Assembly: GCF_000317145.1 (NCBI RefSeq)
Contig: NC_019697.1
Coordinates: forward strand, 2,606,385-2,638,384
Direction of reading: 5' to 3'
DNA: 32,000 nt
From: Chamaesiphon minutus PCC 6605
Lineage (GTDB): Bacteria; Cyanobacteriota; Cyanobacteriia; Cyanobacteriales; Chamaesiphonaceae
Shown here: positions 1-8,729 of the stretch, piece by piece
Numbering within the stretch: position 1 is the stretch's first letter
Layout of the letters: each line of letters starts with the position of its first letter
Program-made: the position numbers and the translations under genes
Notes under the pieces: generated by a model
Seen by the model: only the letters and a program-made list of their open reading frames with translations
What the model was told of the DNA's origin: nothing
The model's database searches: none

Positions 1-1145
1 GTTTGAGAGGCGTTGGTGGCTAAAGTACTAGGCATGGGTGACATCCGCCCGCTCGATCGCCAGCCACCGTTCGTTGCGGGGATATTTGGCGCGGGCATCA
101 GGCCGTTTTTGGCTGGTTCGGGCAGTTCGCGGACGATCGAGACTTTGCCAGCTTCATTTACCGTGCGGACTTGAGTCGTCGGTTGACGACCGCGCAATAA
201 GGTATCCACCATTTCGGAGACGCTATCGTGGACGACCCAGCGATGGCGTTCGTGCATTTCGACAGCGATTTCAAAGGTGGGCGGTGCTTTGCGTTCGAGG
301 ACGGTTTTTTGGGAGGAGCGGCGGCGCGCTTCTTCGTCACCGAGGGTGACGGCTTGAATCCCGCCGATCAAATCGGAGAGAGTGGGGTTTTTGAGCAGGT
401 TTTCGAGGCGATTGCCGTGAGCGGTACCGACTAATTGGACGCCGCGTTCGGCGATCGTGCGAGCGGCTAAAGCTTCAAGCTCCGTACCGATTTCGTCGAT
501 GACGATGACTTCGGGCATGTGGTTTTCGACGGCTTCGATCATCACTTGGTGCTGAAGCTCGGGACGTGCGACTTGCATCCGTCTGGCTCGACCGATTGCC
601 GAGTGGGGAATATCACCATCGCCTGCAATCTCGTTACTCGTATCGATAATGACAACCCGTTTGCCCAATTCGTCGGCTAATACCCGCGCGATTTCCCGTA
701 GGGCGGTAGTTTTGCCCACCCCAGGACGACCCAACATCAGGATCGATTTGCCCGTTTCGACGAGATCGCGAATCATATTAATCGTGCCATAGACGGCGCG
801 ACCCACGCGACAGGTCAACCCGATAATTTCGTCTGTGCGGTTGCGCATACAGCTAATTCGGTGCAAGGTGCGCTCGATACCCGCCCGATTGTCGCCGCTA
901 AATAAGCCCAGTCGATCGACACAATGCTGAATGTCGGCTCTGGTTACTGCAACATCGCTGAGATATTCTGCTCCATCGGCAAATCTCGCCTCAGGATAAC
1001 GCCCCAGATCCATCACTACTTCAATTAGTACGCTGAGTTTAGGATGGTTTTCTAAAGCGATCCGAATCGATTCCGGCAACACCGCCAATAATTGGCTGAG
1101 GTCATCGGTAATTTGCATTCTACCCAAACTTAAATTTTCGTCCAT
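1..1145 (-). CDS. R3H/AAA ATPase, Ycf45-like single-stranded nucleic acid-binding protein (C-terminal part outside window)
   Basis: Reverse-complement translation from ATG at 1145 gives [20 protein letters not shown]..., Walker [26 protein letters not shown] and [13 protein letters not shown]. It reads off the left edge of the window. Confidence 0.8.
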   Translation of the reverse strand, partial: MDENLSLGRMQITDDLSQLLAVLPESIRIALENHPKLSVLIEVVMDLGRYPEARFADGAEYLSDVAVTRADIQHCVDRLGLFSGDNRAGIERTLHRISCMRNRTDEIIGLTCRVGRAVYGTINMIRDLVETGKSILMLGRPGVGKTTALREIARVLADELGKRVVIIDTSNEIAGDGDIPHSAIGRARRMQVARPELQHQVMIEAVENHMPEVIVIDEIGTELEALAARTIAERGVQLVGTAHGNRLENLLKNPTLSDLIGGIQAVTLGDEEARRRSSQKTVLERKAPPTFEIAVEMHERHRWVVHDSVSEMVDTLLRGRQPTTQVRTVNEAGKVSIVRELPEPAKNGLMPAPNIPATNGGWRSSGRMSPMPSTLATNASQ

Positions 1146-1237
1146 TACGGGTTGTTATTGGTGATTTTTTGCTTGTTTCTGGCTCGCCGATTCACTCCGA
1201 GATCCTGGCATCGTTTTATCCTTGCCTAACTGCATCA

Positions 1238-2335
1238 TTAACTAAAATTATGGGCAGATTCTCCCTTCAATTGCCCGACTAGCTCTGTCGCGATCGTCAC
1301 AGCCGCAACCATTAAGTCTGAATGCGCTTCCAATCTCCCTGGATTATCGGTGCGTGCGTCCAACTTGTCCAGCAGGGGCGACAATAAGACCCGTGCGTAA
1401 CTGCCGTAAGCCACACCATGAATGTGTTTGTTGTCAGTTGGCGGCAAAAGTGCGCGTTCCCGTAGCTTGGGGACGGTGTAATGGTTGGTACCACCTGCTA
1501 GTTGCACGTAACCTGGGAGATTGGCGGCTAAGACTTTTTCACCCAATTTAATTGCGGCATGAGTCGTCCCCGCGCCGATATCCCCGCTCATCGGCCTACC
1601 ATCGGTTTGCCAAAGGAGTGTAAAGGGGAGTGGGTGAGGATCGTAAGTGGCGGAGATCGTCGCGTGGAGCGATCGCAGATACGAGATTAATTCGTCGCTA
1701 TCGGGACAACTAATCGCCAGCAATTTAAGATGGTGTGCGGCTGGTGCCAAGACGCTCCACAACTGCCGAAAGTCATCTAAATGACCCGGCTGAGTATGAA
1801 TTTCGATCGCGTCGATACCGTCCTCCGCCGTGAGATAGGGAAGGATACTACTGGGAGTTGCCGTGCGATCGTGGGTTACAATCAGTCCTAACGGACAAAT
1901 TGGCAAACAGCGACCGCAACCATAACACCGACTATCGATGACCCCCTGCTGAGTGCTAGTAAAGGCGATCGCATCAGCCGGACAAATCCGCACGCACGGA
2001 CGCGGGCAATCGATCGGACATTGGGATGGGTTGAATTCTGCTTTCCGAAAATGTGGGTCTATGCCATCATTTAAACTCACCATCAGCCACGGGATATCTA
2101 CTATTGGATCTCCCGAATCTCGATGTGCCTGGGCTAATTTGCGAGCGGTGTGGATGCCATCTTTAGCGGCGGTAATTACCGCTAAGTCGGCAGCAACATC
2201 GATACAATCAGCTCCAGCTAATGTATAGGCAATCGCGAGATTGCGGATGGCTGGTAAGTGCCCAAAGCTAGCACCACAGATGAGTTTAAACCATGTACCC
2301 CTAGTTAATGAATTTAAGGGTGAAGGATATAGCAC
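1238..2335 (-). CDS. ldpA: LdpA-like circadian clock/light-dependent Fe-S protein
   Basis: 365 aa. Cysteine clusters CPIDCPRPCVRICPADAIAF and CYGCGRCLPICPLG (ferredoxin-like 4Fe-4S); N-terminus GTWFKLICGASFGHLPAIRNLAIAYTLAGADCIDVAAD is typical of cyanobacterial LdpA. Confidence 0.85.
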   Translation of the reverse strand: MLYPSPLNSLTRGTWFKLICGASFGHLPAIRNLAIAYTLAGADCIDVAADLAVITAAKDGIHTARKLAQAHRDSGDPIVDIPWLMVSLNDGIDPHFRKAEFNPSQCPIDCPRPCVRICPADAIAFTSTQQGVIDSRCYGCGRCLPICPLGLIVTHDRTATPSSILPYLTAEDGIDAIEIHTQPGHLDDFRQLWSVLAPAAHHLKLLAISCPDSDELISYLRSLHATISATYDPHPLPFTLLWQTDGRPMSGDIGAGTTHAAIKLGEKVLAANLPGYVQLAGGTNHYTVPKLRERALLPPTDNKHIHGVAYGSYARVLLSPLLDKLDARTDNPGRLEAHSDLMVAAVTIATELVGQLKGESAHNFS

Positions 2336-2601
2336 TAGGACTTGGATGAATTTTTTCTGACACTATTGCTAGTGGAAATTTTTAGATATACCGAGTAAAA
2401 ACATTCATGACATTCACCCTCTCTGTCCTAAGTTTGTCAGCGTGCTGATGTATGAATTATATCTAGATTTACAGGCGCATAGCTAGGAATCGCCTGGATG
2501 TTAATTTTCTGTAATGGGATCGAGATCGGTTCAGATCTGATGAGATTATAGCTCGATCGACTGCCATAACTGGCGATCTTTGTTGGGTCGAGGTTAAATA
2601 G

Positions 2602-3219
2602 CTAACGGCGTAATAATTTGCCTTTTGCTTTTGCCGATCGAATTGCCTGATAATTACTAGTGAATAACTGAATATTTGGGACAGTAGAGTAATCCATGTC
2701 GTCAGTGAGGACTTTGACTTGTCCAGGATTAGCTTTATGGATGGCTTCTAGAATAAATAGATCGTAGCCATCCAGAGCTTGGGTTTGAAAGCGAGCTAGT
2801 GCTGCATTTGTAGTATCTTCATCAACTATCAGTTCATTAATAGGTACTGCCAAAGATTGAATCTGCATCCAGGCTGTTTGGAGTAAGTTGACAACTTTAG
2901 AACGTTCGTTGGGGTGATTATGGCGAAATTCTTTGGCTGTCAGAGACAGGTTATTTCTTTTGTTGTAAATCTCACACTCAGTTCTTTCAATGACGTGGGC
3001 TAATTCTTCCAGCAGTAGCCCACAATAGGACAAGGTTGAACCATTTTGCCGAGCGGCTTTGAGATAAGCTCCATATTCTCGAATTTTTGATGAATTTTTG
3101 GCATTAGGGTAAGTTTGCCAAATCCAGACGTTAGTATCTACTAAAAATATATCCGATTGCTGTGGGCGATCGGATAAAATATCAATTACCTGAGCTTCAA
3201 CCTTGAGATCGATCGTCAT
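2602..3219 (-). CDS. PIN-domain protein (predicted metal-dependent ribonuclease)
   Basis: 205 aa. PIN-like acidic residues: FLVDTNVW (D), LLLEELAHV (E), LDGYDLFILEA (D), VLTDDMDY (D), followed by LFTSNYQAI. Confidence 0.7.
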   Translation of the reverse strand: MTIDLKVEAQVIDILSDRPQQSDIFLVDTNVWIWQTYPNAKNSSKIREYGAYLKAARQNGSTLSYCGLLLEELAHVIERTECEIYNKRNNLSLTAKEFRHNHPNERSKVVNLLQTAWMQIQSLAVPINELIVDEDTTNAALARFQTQALDGYDLFILEAIHKANPGQVKVLTDDMDYSTVPNIQLFTSNYQAIRSAKAKGKLLRR

Positions 3220-3222
3220 AAT

Positions 3223-3570
3223 CTAGAAGCTGGCGGCATATTCTTCCATAACTGTATCGACAGCTTGACGATGAGCGGGATCTGAGTAGTAAGGCTTGGC
3301 GTTCTCAATGACTTGTGACAGAACGGTTTCACCGTGAGGGGATAGATTCTCAATGATAAGTTTCTCGTTGAGAGTATCAGAGGGGATATCTTGCAAAAGC
3401 TGTCCGATAGCTACGTTGAAAAATGCTGATGCAAAAACTGTGACTCTTTCAAAGTCAAGCTCTACAGTTTGTCCCGTCTGGAGTTGGGGGTGAATCAGAT
3501 CGAAGAGTTGTTGTCCGTCGTCAAACGAAATTGCATATTGTCCGGTAATTTCATAAACGATGTAACGCAT
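3223..3570 (-). CDS. STAS-like domain protein (DUF4325-type)
   Basis: 115 aa. VELDFERVTVFASAFFNVAIGQLLQ resembles the STAS-like DUF4325 core. 3 bp upstream of the PIN gene, same strand. Confidence 0.65.
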   Translation of the reverse strand: MRYIVYEITGQYAISFDDGQQLFDLIHPQLQTGQTVELDFERVTVFASAFFNVAIGQLLQDIPSDTLNEKLIIENLSPHGETVLSQVIENAKPYYSDPAHRQAVDTVMEEYAASF

Positions 3571-3590
3571 TGCTTTTTTCTCCCCTGTTT

Positions 3591-4481
3591 CTAAAATCGT
3601 TTCTTCACCCCGCTAGTAACCTCTGATGCTAGGCAGTAATATGACTCATCGCATTTGAAGGCTATGTTTATCAGTGTTCCCTGAAAATCGAGCGTTCTTT
3701 TTTCATATATAACTTTATTATCTTTGATGTTGACGTATCCGTCATTGCTAAATATTTTCAGATTACCTCGATTGGTCGAAACGAAGTTCTGTAATGTACT
3801 CAGCCCTATCCCTCTTTTGAAGGTTTTGATGGCGGTACTGTTTCCAGGTTGAAATGCCCATTCTAGGGCTTGGGCTGAATCTAACGATTGATTTTGGGAT
3901 AGAGATCGAACGTTGTTGGCTATGCCCTGACCAAAATCAACAATCGTTAGGTGTAGCTCTTTCTTGTTGGGGTAGTTTTGCCCGCAACTGAACACACCAA
4001 GCGAGGAGTTGCTATGTTCAAAGGCATTAGCATAGATTTCCCACACACTACCAGCGATCGCACCCTGTAAGCCAGAGCTGATATTGACCCAGCTTTTTCC
4101 TAACCAATTATTTAGCAGGTATTCCATTATAGCACATTTGTTCTGGTCTAGATCTTGGCGATAAGGAATAGAATTGCCACTCCAAGGCTCTATCCCTCGA
4201 TTGAAACCGAACAAAAATCCATTTTGAGCGAGATTAGTGTGAACTTTGGGCTGTAATGTCTCCCAGTCGAAGTTTAACTGTCCGCCTTTCGAGCGAACGT
4301 GATGACTGAGTCCACCAAGAAACGCTACCCCAAGGTGACTCAGAAAGCTGCACTTTTGAAAATCAAGGGTCAAGTCTGAGGAGGTATCAAGTTTTTGGTT
4401 TACCGTGTGCCAGATCTCTAACAAGGAGTGGCAATGCTTCGATGTGTGATAGATGACGGGGATTTCGATTTTGACAGTCAT
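3591..4481 (-). CDS. STAS-like N-terminus plus histidine-kinase-like ATPase (HATPase) protein, anti-sigma/partner-switch type
   Basis: 296 aa. N-terminal LTLDFQKCSFLSHLGVAFLGGLS (STAS-like); C-terminal N-box IYANAFEHSNS, G1 box LTIVDFGQGIANN, GIGLSTLQNFV and GTLINIAF. No phospho-acceptor His domain is apparent. Confidence 0.7.
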   Translation of the reverse strand: MTVKIEIPVIYHTSKHCHSLLEIWHTVNQKLDTSSDLTLDFQKCSFLSHLGVAFLGGLSHHVRSKGGQLNFDWETLQPKVHTNLAQNGFLFGFNRGIEPWSGNSIPYRQDLDQNKCAIMEYLLNNWLGKSWVNISSGLQGAIAGSVWEIYANAFEHSNSSLGVFSCGQNYPNKKELHLTIVDFGQGIANNVRSLSQNQSLDSAQALEWAFQPGNSTAIKTFKRGIGLSTLQNFVSTNRGNLKIFSNDGYVNIKDNKVIYEKRTLDFQGTLINIAFKCDESYYCLASEVTSGVKKRF

Positions 4482-4494
4482 GTAGTCGATCTAT

Positions 4495-7400
4495 CTAAGC
4501 GGTTTGTTGTAGCTCGGCATATTGCCAGTAGGTGATGCCTGTATCCTCACGTTTAACCAGCAGCCCAAACCATTCTAGTCGATCGAGATTTTCGCCCACC
4601 GCCTCCAGTTTCTTCTGGGTATTTTTGCCTGTAAATTGGTTGGCAATCTGCACCACCGTCCATGCGCCGCTGCTGCTGCGTAACAGGTCGCGGATGGCGG
4701 CGAGTTGGTCTTTTGGTTGACTAGGCCATTTTTGCTGTTCGACGGGGGTTGTAATGGTTTCTGCTTCATCCCCAATACCTGCCAGAGTGGTTTGGGTGGA
4801 TTGCACCTGTTCGGGGGCTTGGTATTCGGGGCGGAGCCAGCGGATGTGTCCGTTGCGTTCTTCGGCGGCGCGTTCGGCGTTGAGGGCGACGAGACGTTCG
4901 AGGATGGTTTCGGTGATTTCGGTGGTGGGTTTTCCGGCTAAGTCTTGCCAACCGTAGGCGGCGAATACGGCGGTGTCTAAGTCGTCGTGGATTTGTTTGA
5001 GAGTGGAGACGAGGGCGCGATTGTTGTAAGCTCGATCGGCATCGGTAAATGGTTCGCCAGCGCGGAGTTTTTCGAGCAGGTTGTACATTCCGGTGATGGT
5101 AATGTCGGGATGGGCGGCTTGAACTTGTTTGCGATGGCTATCTAATCGATCGCCCAATTCTCGAATCTTTTGCTTTTGTTCTGGGGTAGGATCTGGAAAT
5201 GGGAAGGGGTCGAAGCAAACCGTTTTTATATATCGAGGATCGTTTCCGATACCTAGTCTACTTCCTGCCTCTGTAGCCCATAATACGTGGATTTGGCTCG
5301 ATATAACTCCAAAATGAAATCCGTTATCCAAAGCAAAAATAACAGTGGTACTATCTGCAATAGTCCGCGACATCTCAAAAGTAAAAAACCGATGCTTAGA
5401 CGTTAAAGATGTAACGATAAATCTATTGATTATTTTGATGGCTGGCCGAAAAGTATTACGGCTCTTTTCAAAAGTCCACCAGTGTTTACGTAAAGTTGGA
5501 TTATTGTTTTGTTCTCTTTCTGGCTTGACTCTATCGATTAACCACTGAAAAATCAGTGGATACTCTTCTTGGACTTTTTCGATCTCTAATCCAAACAAGT
5601 CAATTGCGTACAGATTTCGATGTTTTTGAGTAATATCTCTGCCTGATAAAAGAGGCAAAATCACACTATCTTTTGAACCTAATTCTATATTAAGTTTATT
5701 AGCCGATTCTCGATCGACTATAAAACCTTGACCTGTTGGCTGATAGCCAACACAAGCCATTCCTGAATTAGATTTCAGGGATTTGACAGAAGCTAAATCC
5801 ACATTAACAGTTAAGCTCGGCGTTATACAACCGTAATTAAAGCTAAATAATAAAGATGCTTCCTCGTTAGAATTCTTAGCTTCAGCTATTACTTCAGCTA
5901 ATGTACCAGGTTGAATCATCGTAGTAGCGGCAGTTATCGCTATACGAATAGATGCTCCATCTTGAGCATCGATCCAAGGATGATCTGGTACAGCAAAAAA
6001 TAATTTAAGCGGATTTTTCTTTGCTTCTAAATAAGATTCAATCACTCGACGGTTATATGTTTGACTTATGGAGTTTGTAGATATAAAACCAAAACGCTTG
6101 ACTTTACTCTGGTGGGTTAATTCAGCAGCTTGATTCCACCAATACATAACTAAATCTACAGAATCAGGAATACTTTTATTAATACGTCTTAATGTTTCAG
6201 TATACCCATCTCCTAGTGATTCACGCATGTTTATTTTTCCAATAAACGGCGGATTTGAGACGATATAATCTGCCTCTGGCCATTCCGCAGCCCGCGCATT
6301 AAGATACTTGTAAATAACAACTCGATCGAGTGGATCTGGCACATCCTCACCCGTCACTGGATGCTTCATCATCTTCCCACCCCAACGCGATCGCACCTCA
6401 CCCGTTTTCGGATCTAGATCTGGCTCCCGCCCGTCATAAGCCAACACCGCATCCCGACATTCGATATTCCCGAAGGCTTGGAGTACGGGTTCTGGCGGTG
6501 CGGCATTGCCATAGCGTTTGAAATACCATTGGAGATACCCGATCCAGATTACCAGCTCTGCGATCGCGGCTGCTCTAGGATTGATTTCGATGCCCAAAAA
6601 TTGCGCTGGATTCACCTGTTCCAACACATTTAATTGGACATTTCCCGCCACATCTACCAGCCGCGCGATCGCTTCTTGCTCCAACCCCTTCAATAAATCC
6701 AGCGTCACGTACAAGAAATTCCCGGTACCGCAAGCCGGATCTAAAATTCGCACCTGACGTAATTGCGTCAAAAATTGGGCGATTTCCTGCTCTGCCTTCT
6801 TCTGCTGCAACCCCGTCGGTTCCTTCCCCTCTGGAGTGACTAAAATCCGCCGTAACTCCAACTCCACCTCATCCCACTGTTGGCGCAATGGTTCCATTAC
6901 CACCGGACGCACCAACCGCTCGACATACGATCGCGGTGTATAATGTGCCCCTAAACGGCTGCGTTCCTTCTTCTCCAACGCCCGTTCTAATAACGTCCCA
7001 AAAATCGCTGGCTCTACCTGACTCCAATCCTTCGCCGCCGCTGCGTATAAGACTTCCAACTGCTCCTTGGGCAACTCAAACGCCGTCGCATCCTCAAAGA
7101 AGCTCCCATTAAACCGCAAAATCCGCTCGAAGCCGAAGGTACCACCCGTATTCATCGTTTGCCAGAGCTGTTCGATTTCGGGCTTAAATGTGTGCGGATT
7201 GGGTATCCATCGATCGCGCAATGCCTTGGTAAATACCTCCCCCTTGAGTAATTCGACATCCTCGGCAAACATCGTAAAAATGCACCGCATCAAAAAGTTC
7301 GCCGTCGCATGAGCTTCATAACCCTGCTCCTCCAACCACCGCGACAACTTCGCCAATTCCGCCGCTACTTCCCGCGTCACCCGCGCCCGATATTTCTCAG

Positions 7401-7953
7401 GGTTGAGCGATTGCGGATCTGTGAAAATTGCCACAAACCTGTCAAATATTTCCGGTTGCGCCAGATCCTTGAGATTAATCGTCTGACGCGCCCCATAACT
7501 CCCATACTCCCCGCTAAACCCTTGCCATACCTCAAAATGCGAACCAATATCGCAAGTCAGCAAAAACGGCGGTAACGACGGCAACATCCGATTATAGGCG
7601 TAAGATTTCGCCTGGTTGAATGCCTTTTGCATCTCATCCCGATAGCCCTTCGTCCCCCGTTTGCCGTGCCCTTTGCTCGAATTAGTACTCCCCTGCTTCG
7701 CCTCAATCAGAAAGTGAGATTCCTTGTAGAAGTCCGCAAATCGCGTCGTCTCAGCCTTCTCACTGAAAAATTTGATGTTTTTGTCAAAACAGTATCGATC
7801 GCCTTCCTCACTGCCTTTTGGGGGTGGTGCTGGCACATTTAGAGCCACACACAAATCGCCAAAAAAGGTTTGATAATTTGCCCGCTCGTTCCCTTCCGAA
7901 CCCAACCATTTATTTAGGAAGTCTGCAACTCGTTGGCGATCGACATCATTCAT
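4495..7953 (-). CDS. MmeI-like single-chain type IIG/IIL restriction-modification protein (N6-adenine DNA methyltransferase with N-terminal nuclease-like domain)
   Basis: 1152 aa. Possible PD-(D/E)XK motif ADFYKESHFLIEAKQG near the N-terminus; GAHYTPRSYVERLVRPVV; SAM motif ILDPACGTGNFLYVTLDLLK; catalytic NPPF (ADYIVSNPPFIGK); C-terminal region suited to target recognition. Confidence 0.8.
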   Translation of the reverse strand: MNDVDRQRVADFLNKWLGSEGNERANYQTFFGDLCVALNVPAPPPKGSEEGDRYCFDKNIKFFSEKAETTRFADFYKESHFLIEAKQGSTNSSKGHGKRGTKGYRDEMQKAFNQAKSYAYNRMLPSLPPFLLTCDIGSHFEVWQGFSGEYGSYGARQTINLKDLAQPEIFDRFVAIFTDPQSLNPEKYRARVTREVAAELAKLSRWLEEQGYEAHATANFLMRCIFTMFAEDVELLKGEVFTKALRDRWIPNPHTFKPEIEQLWQTMNTGGTFGFERILRFNGSFFEDATAFELPKEQLEVLYAAAAKDWSQVEPAIFGTLLERALEKKERSRLGAHYTPRSYVERLVRPVVMEPLRQQWDEVELELRRILVTPEGKEPTGLQQKKAEQEIAQFLTQLRQVRILDPACGTGNFLYVTLDLLKGLEQEAIARLVDVAGNVQLNVLEQVNPAQFLGIEINPRAAAIAELVIWIGYLQWYFKRYGNAAPPEPVLQAFGNIECRDAVLAYDGREPDLDPKTGEVRSRWGGKMMKHPVTGEDVPDPLDRVVIYKYLNARAAEWPEADYIVSNPPFIGKINMRESLGDGYTETLRRINKSIPDSVDLVMYWWNQAAELTHQSKVKRFGFISTNSISQTYNRRVIESYLEAKKNPLKLFFAVPDHPWIDAQDGASIRIAITAATTMIQPGTLAEVIAEAKNSNEEASLLFSFNYGCITPSLTVNVDLASVKSLKSNSGMACVGYQPTGQGFIVDRESANKLNIELGSKDSVILPLLSGRDITQKHRNLYAIDLFGLEIEKVQEEYPLIFQWLIDRVKPEREQNNNPTLRKHWWTFEKSRNTFRPAIKIINRFIVTSLTSKHRFFTFEMSRTIADSTTVIFALDNGFHFGVISSQIHVLWATEAGSRLGIGNDPRYIKTVCFDPFPFPDPTPEQKQKIRELGDRLDSHRKQVQAAHPDITITGMYNLLEKLRAGEPFTDADRAYNNRALVSTLKQIHDDLDTAVFAAYGWQDLAGKPTTEITETILERLVALNAERAAEERNGHIRWLRPEYQAPEQVQSTQTTLAGIGDEAETITTPVEQQKWPSQPKDQLAAIRDLLRSSSGAWTVVQIANQFTGKNTQKKLEAVGENLDRLEWFGLLVKREDTGITYWQYAELQQTA

Positions 7954-8092
7954 GCAAGTTCGAGCCTAGTGAAAAAGGGGTCTAGCTGAGATATCTTACC
8001 TTTAAGTAACTTAGATTGAAAGCGATCGATAATTTTTCGATAAGTAGCTGGGCGCAAATATTTATTAGATGGAGATTGCCAGAAACCTATGT

Positions 8093-8109
8093 GGTGGGCA
8101 GTGCCCACC
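8093..8109. repeat. Short perfect hairpin GGTGGGC-AGT-GCCCACC
   Basis: 7-bp perfect stem with 3-nt loop between the RM operon start and the arsR stop; resembles the short dispersed palindromes common in cyanobacterial intergenic DNA. Confidence 0.6.
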
Positions 8110-8177
8110 CTACTACTGACTTGTCGCAAATTTGGTCGAGGATGGAGACGATCGATTATTGCAAGCTCGATCGATAT

Positions 8178-8492
8178 CTATGCCAGAGTATTAATTGGCG
8201 CGTGCAAAACTACTGCTAATAATCCTGGAAATAGTCTGTTGAGATCGTCAGAGCGGAGGGTGTTGATATGTTGAGTACCTTCTTTGCGGGTGAATACCAG
8301 TCCCGATTCGCGCAAAATCTTGAAATGATGGGACATGGTGGATTTAGCAACAGCGCAGTCTAGATCCGAGCAAGTTAATTCCCCCGTCTGGGCTAGTCGG
8401 TGGACGATCTGCAATCGCACGGGATCGCCTAATGCGTATAGCACGCCGACAAGAGTAATATCTTCAGCTTGGGGATGATAGAAGGGTCGCAT
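8178..8492 (-). CDS. ArsR/SmtB-family transcriptional regulator
   Basis: 104 aa winged HTH: LGDPVRLQIVHRLAQTGELTCSDLDCAVAKSTMSHHFKILRESGLVFTRKEGTQH. Confidence 0.88.
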   Translation of the reverse strand: MRPFYHPQAEDITLVGVLYALGDPVRLQIVHRLAQTGELTCSDLDCAVAKSTMSHHFKILRESGLVFTRKEGTQHINTLRSDDLNRLFPGLLAVVLHAPINTLA

Positions 8493-8590
8493 GGTATGGA
8501 GATAGAGCGGGGAGCGGGGAGCGGGGGGAAGAGATGATTTGTCCGATATTCAAGAAATTCTCCAAAAGAGACCTTCAGGATGATGTCTCC

Positions 8591-8603
8591 TTTTGGTTCA
8601 AAA
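8591..8603. promoter_or_regulatory. Candidate operator TTTTG-GTT-CAAAA in the arsR/OYE divergent intergenic region
   Basis: Perfect 5-bp inverted repeat with 3-nt spacer, flanked by GATGT (8582-8586) and ACATC (8607-8611), between divergent arsR and OYE genes. Confidence 0.3.
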
Positions 8604-8729
8604 CTAACATCGACACTGCCCTACTTGCATTATGCCATGTAAGTTGATATAGTTTGTTAATTCGGGAATATCGAACTACCGAATTTACTACAGCAGACTA
8701 ATCCAGCTCTTCATTAATTTAGTTAGCTT

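Noticed and set aside
38-434. Plus-strand ORFs 38..349 and 228..434 and minus ORF 158..340
   Set aside because: They overlap the well-supported minus-strand R3H/AAA ATPase frame that runs off the left edge.
6560-6567. HIP1 GCGATCGC palindromes as system-specific regulatory sites
   Set aside because: These octamers and CGATCG variants occur throughout coding and intergenic DNA here, as is typical of many cyanobacterial genomes; not specific to one gene.
4532-7842. Many short ORFs on the plus strand and in other frames (e.g. 4575..4775, 4754..4957, 6888..7112, 7309..7575)
   Set aside because: They lie inside the 1152-aa RM gene, encode low-information Arg/Pro/Ser-rich sequences and match no family; treated as shadow ORFs.
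8503-8533. G-rich tract GGAGCGGGGAGCGGGGAGCGGGGGG as a functional element
   Set aside because: Common low-complexity intergenic sequence in cyanobacteria; no supporting structure beyond possible G-rich folding, which cannot be judged here.
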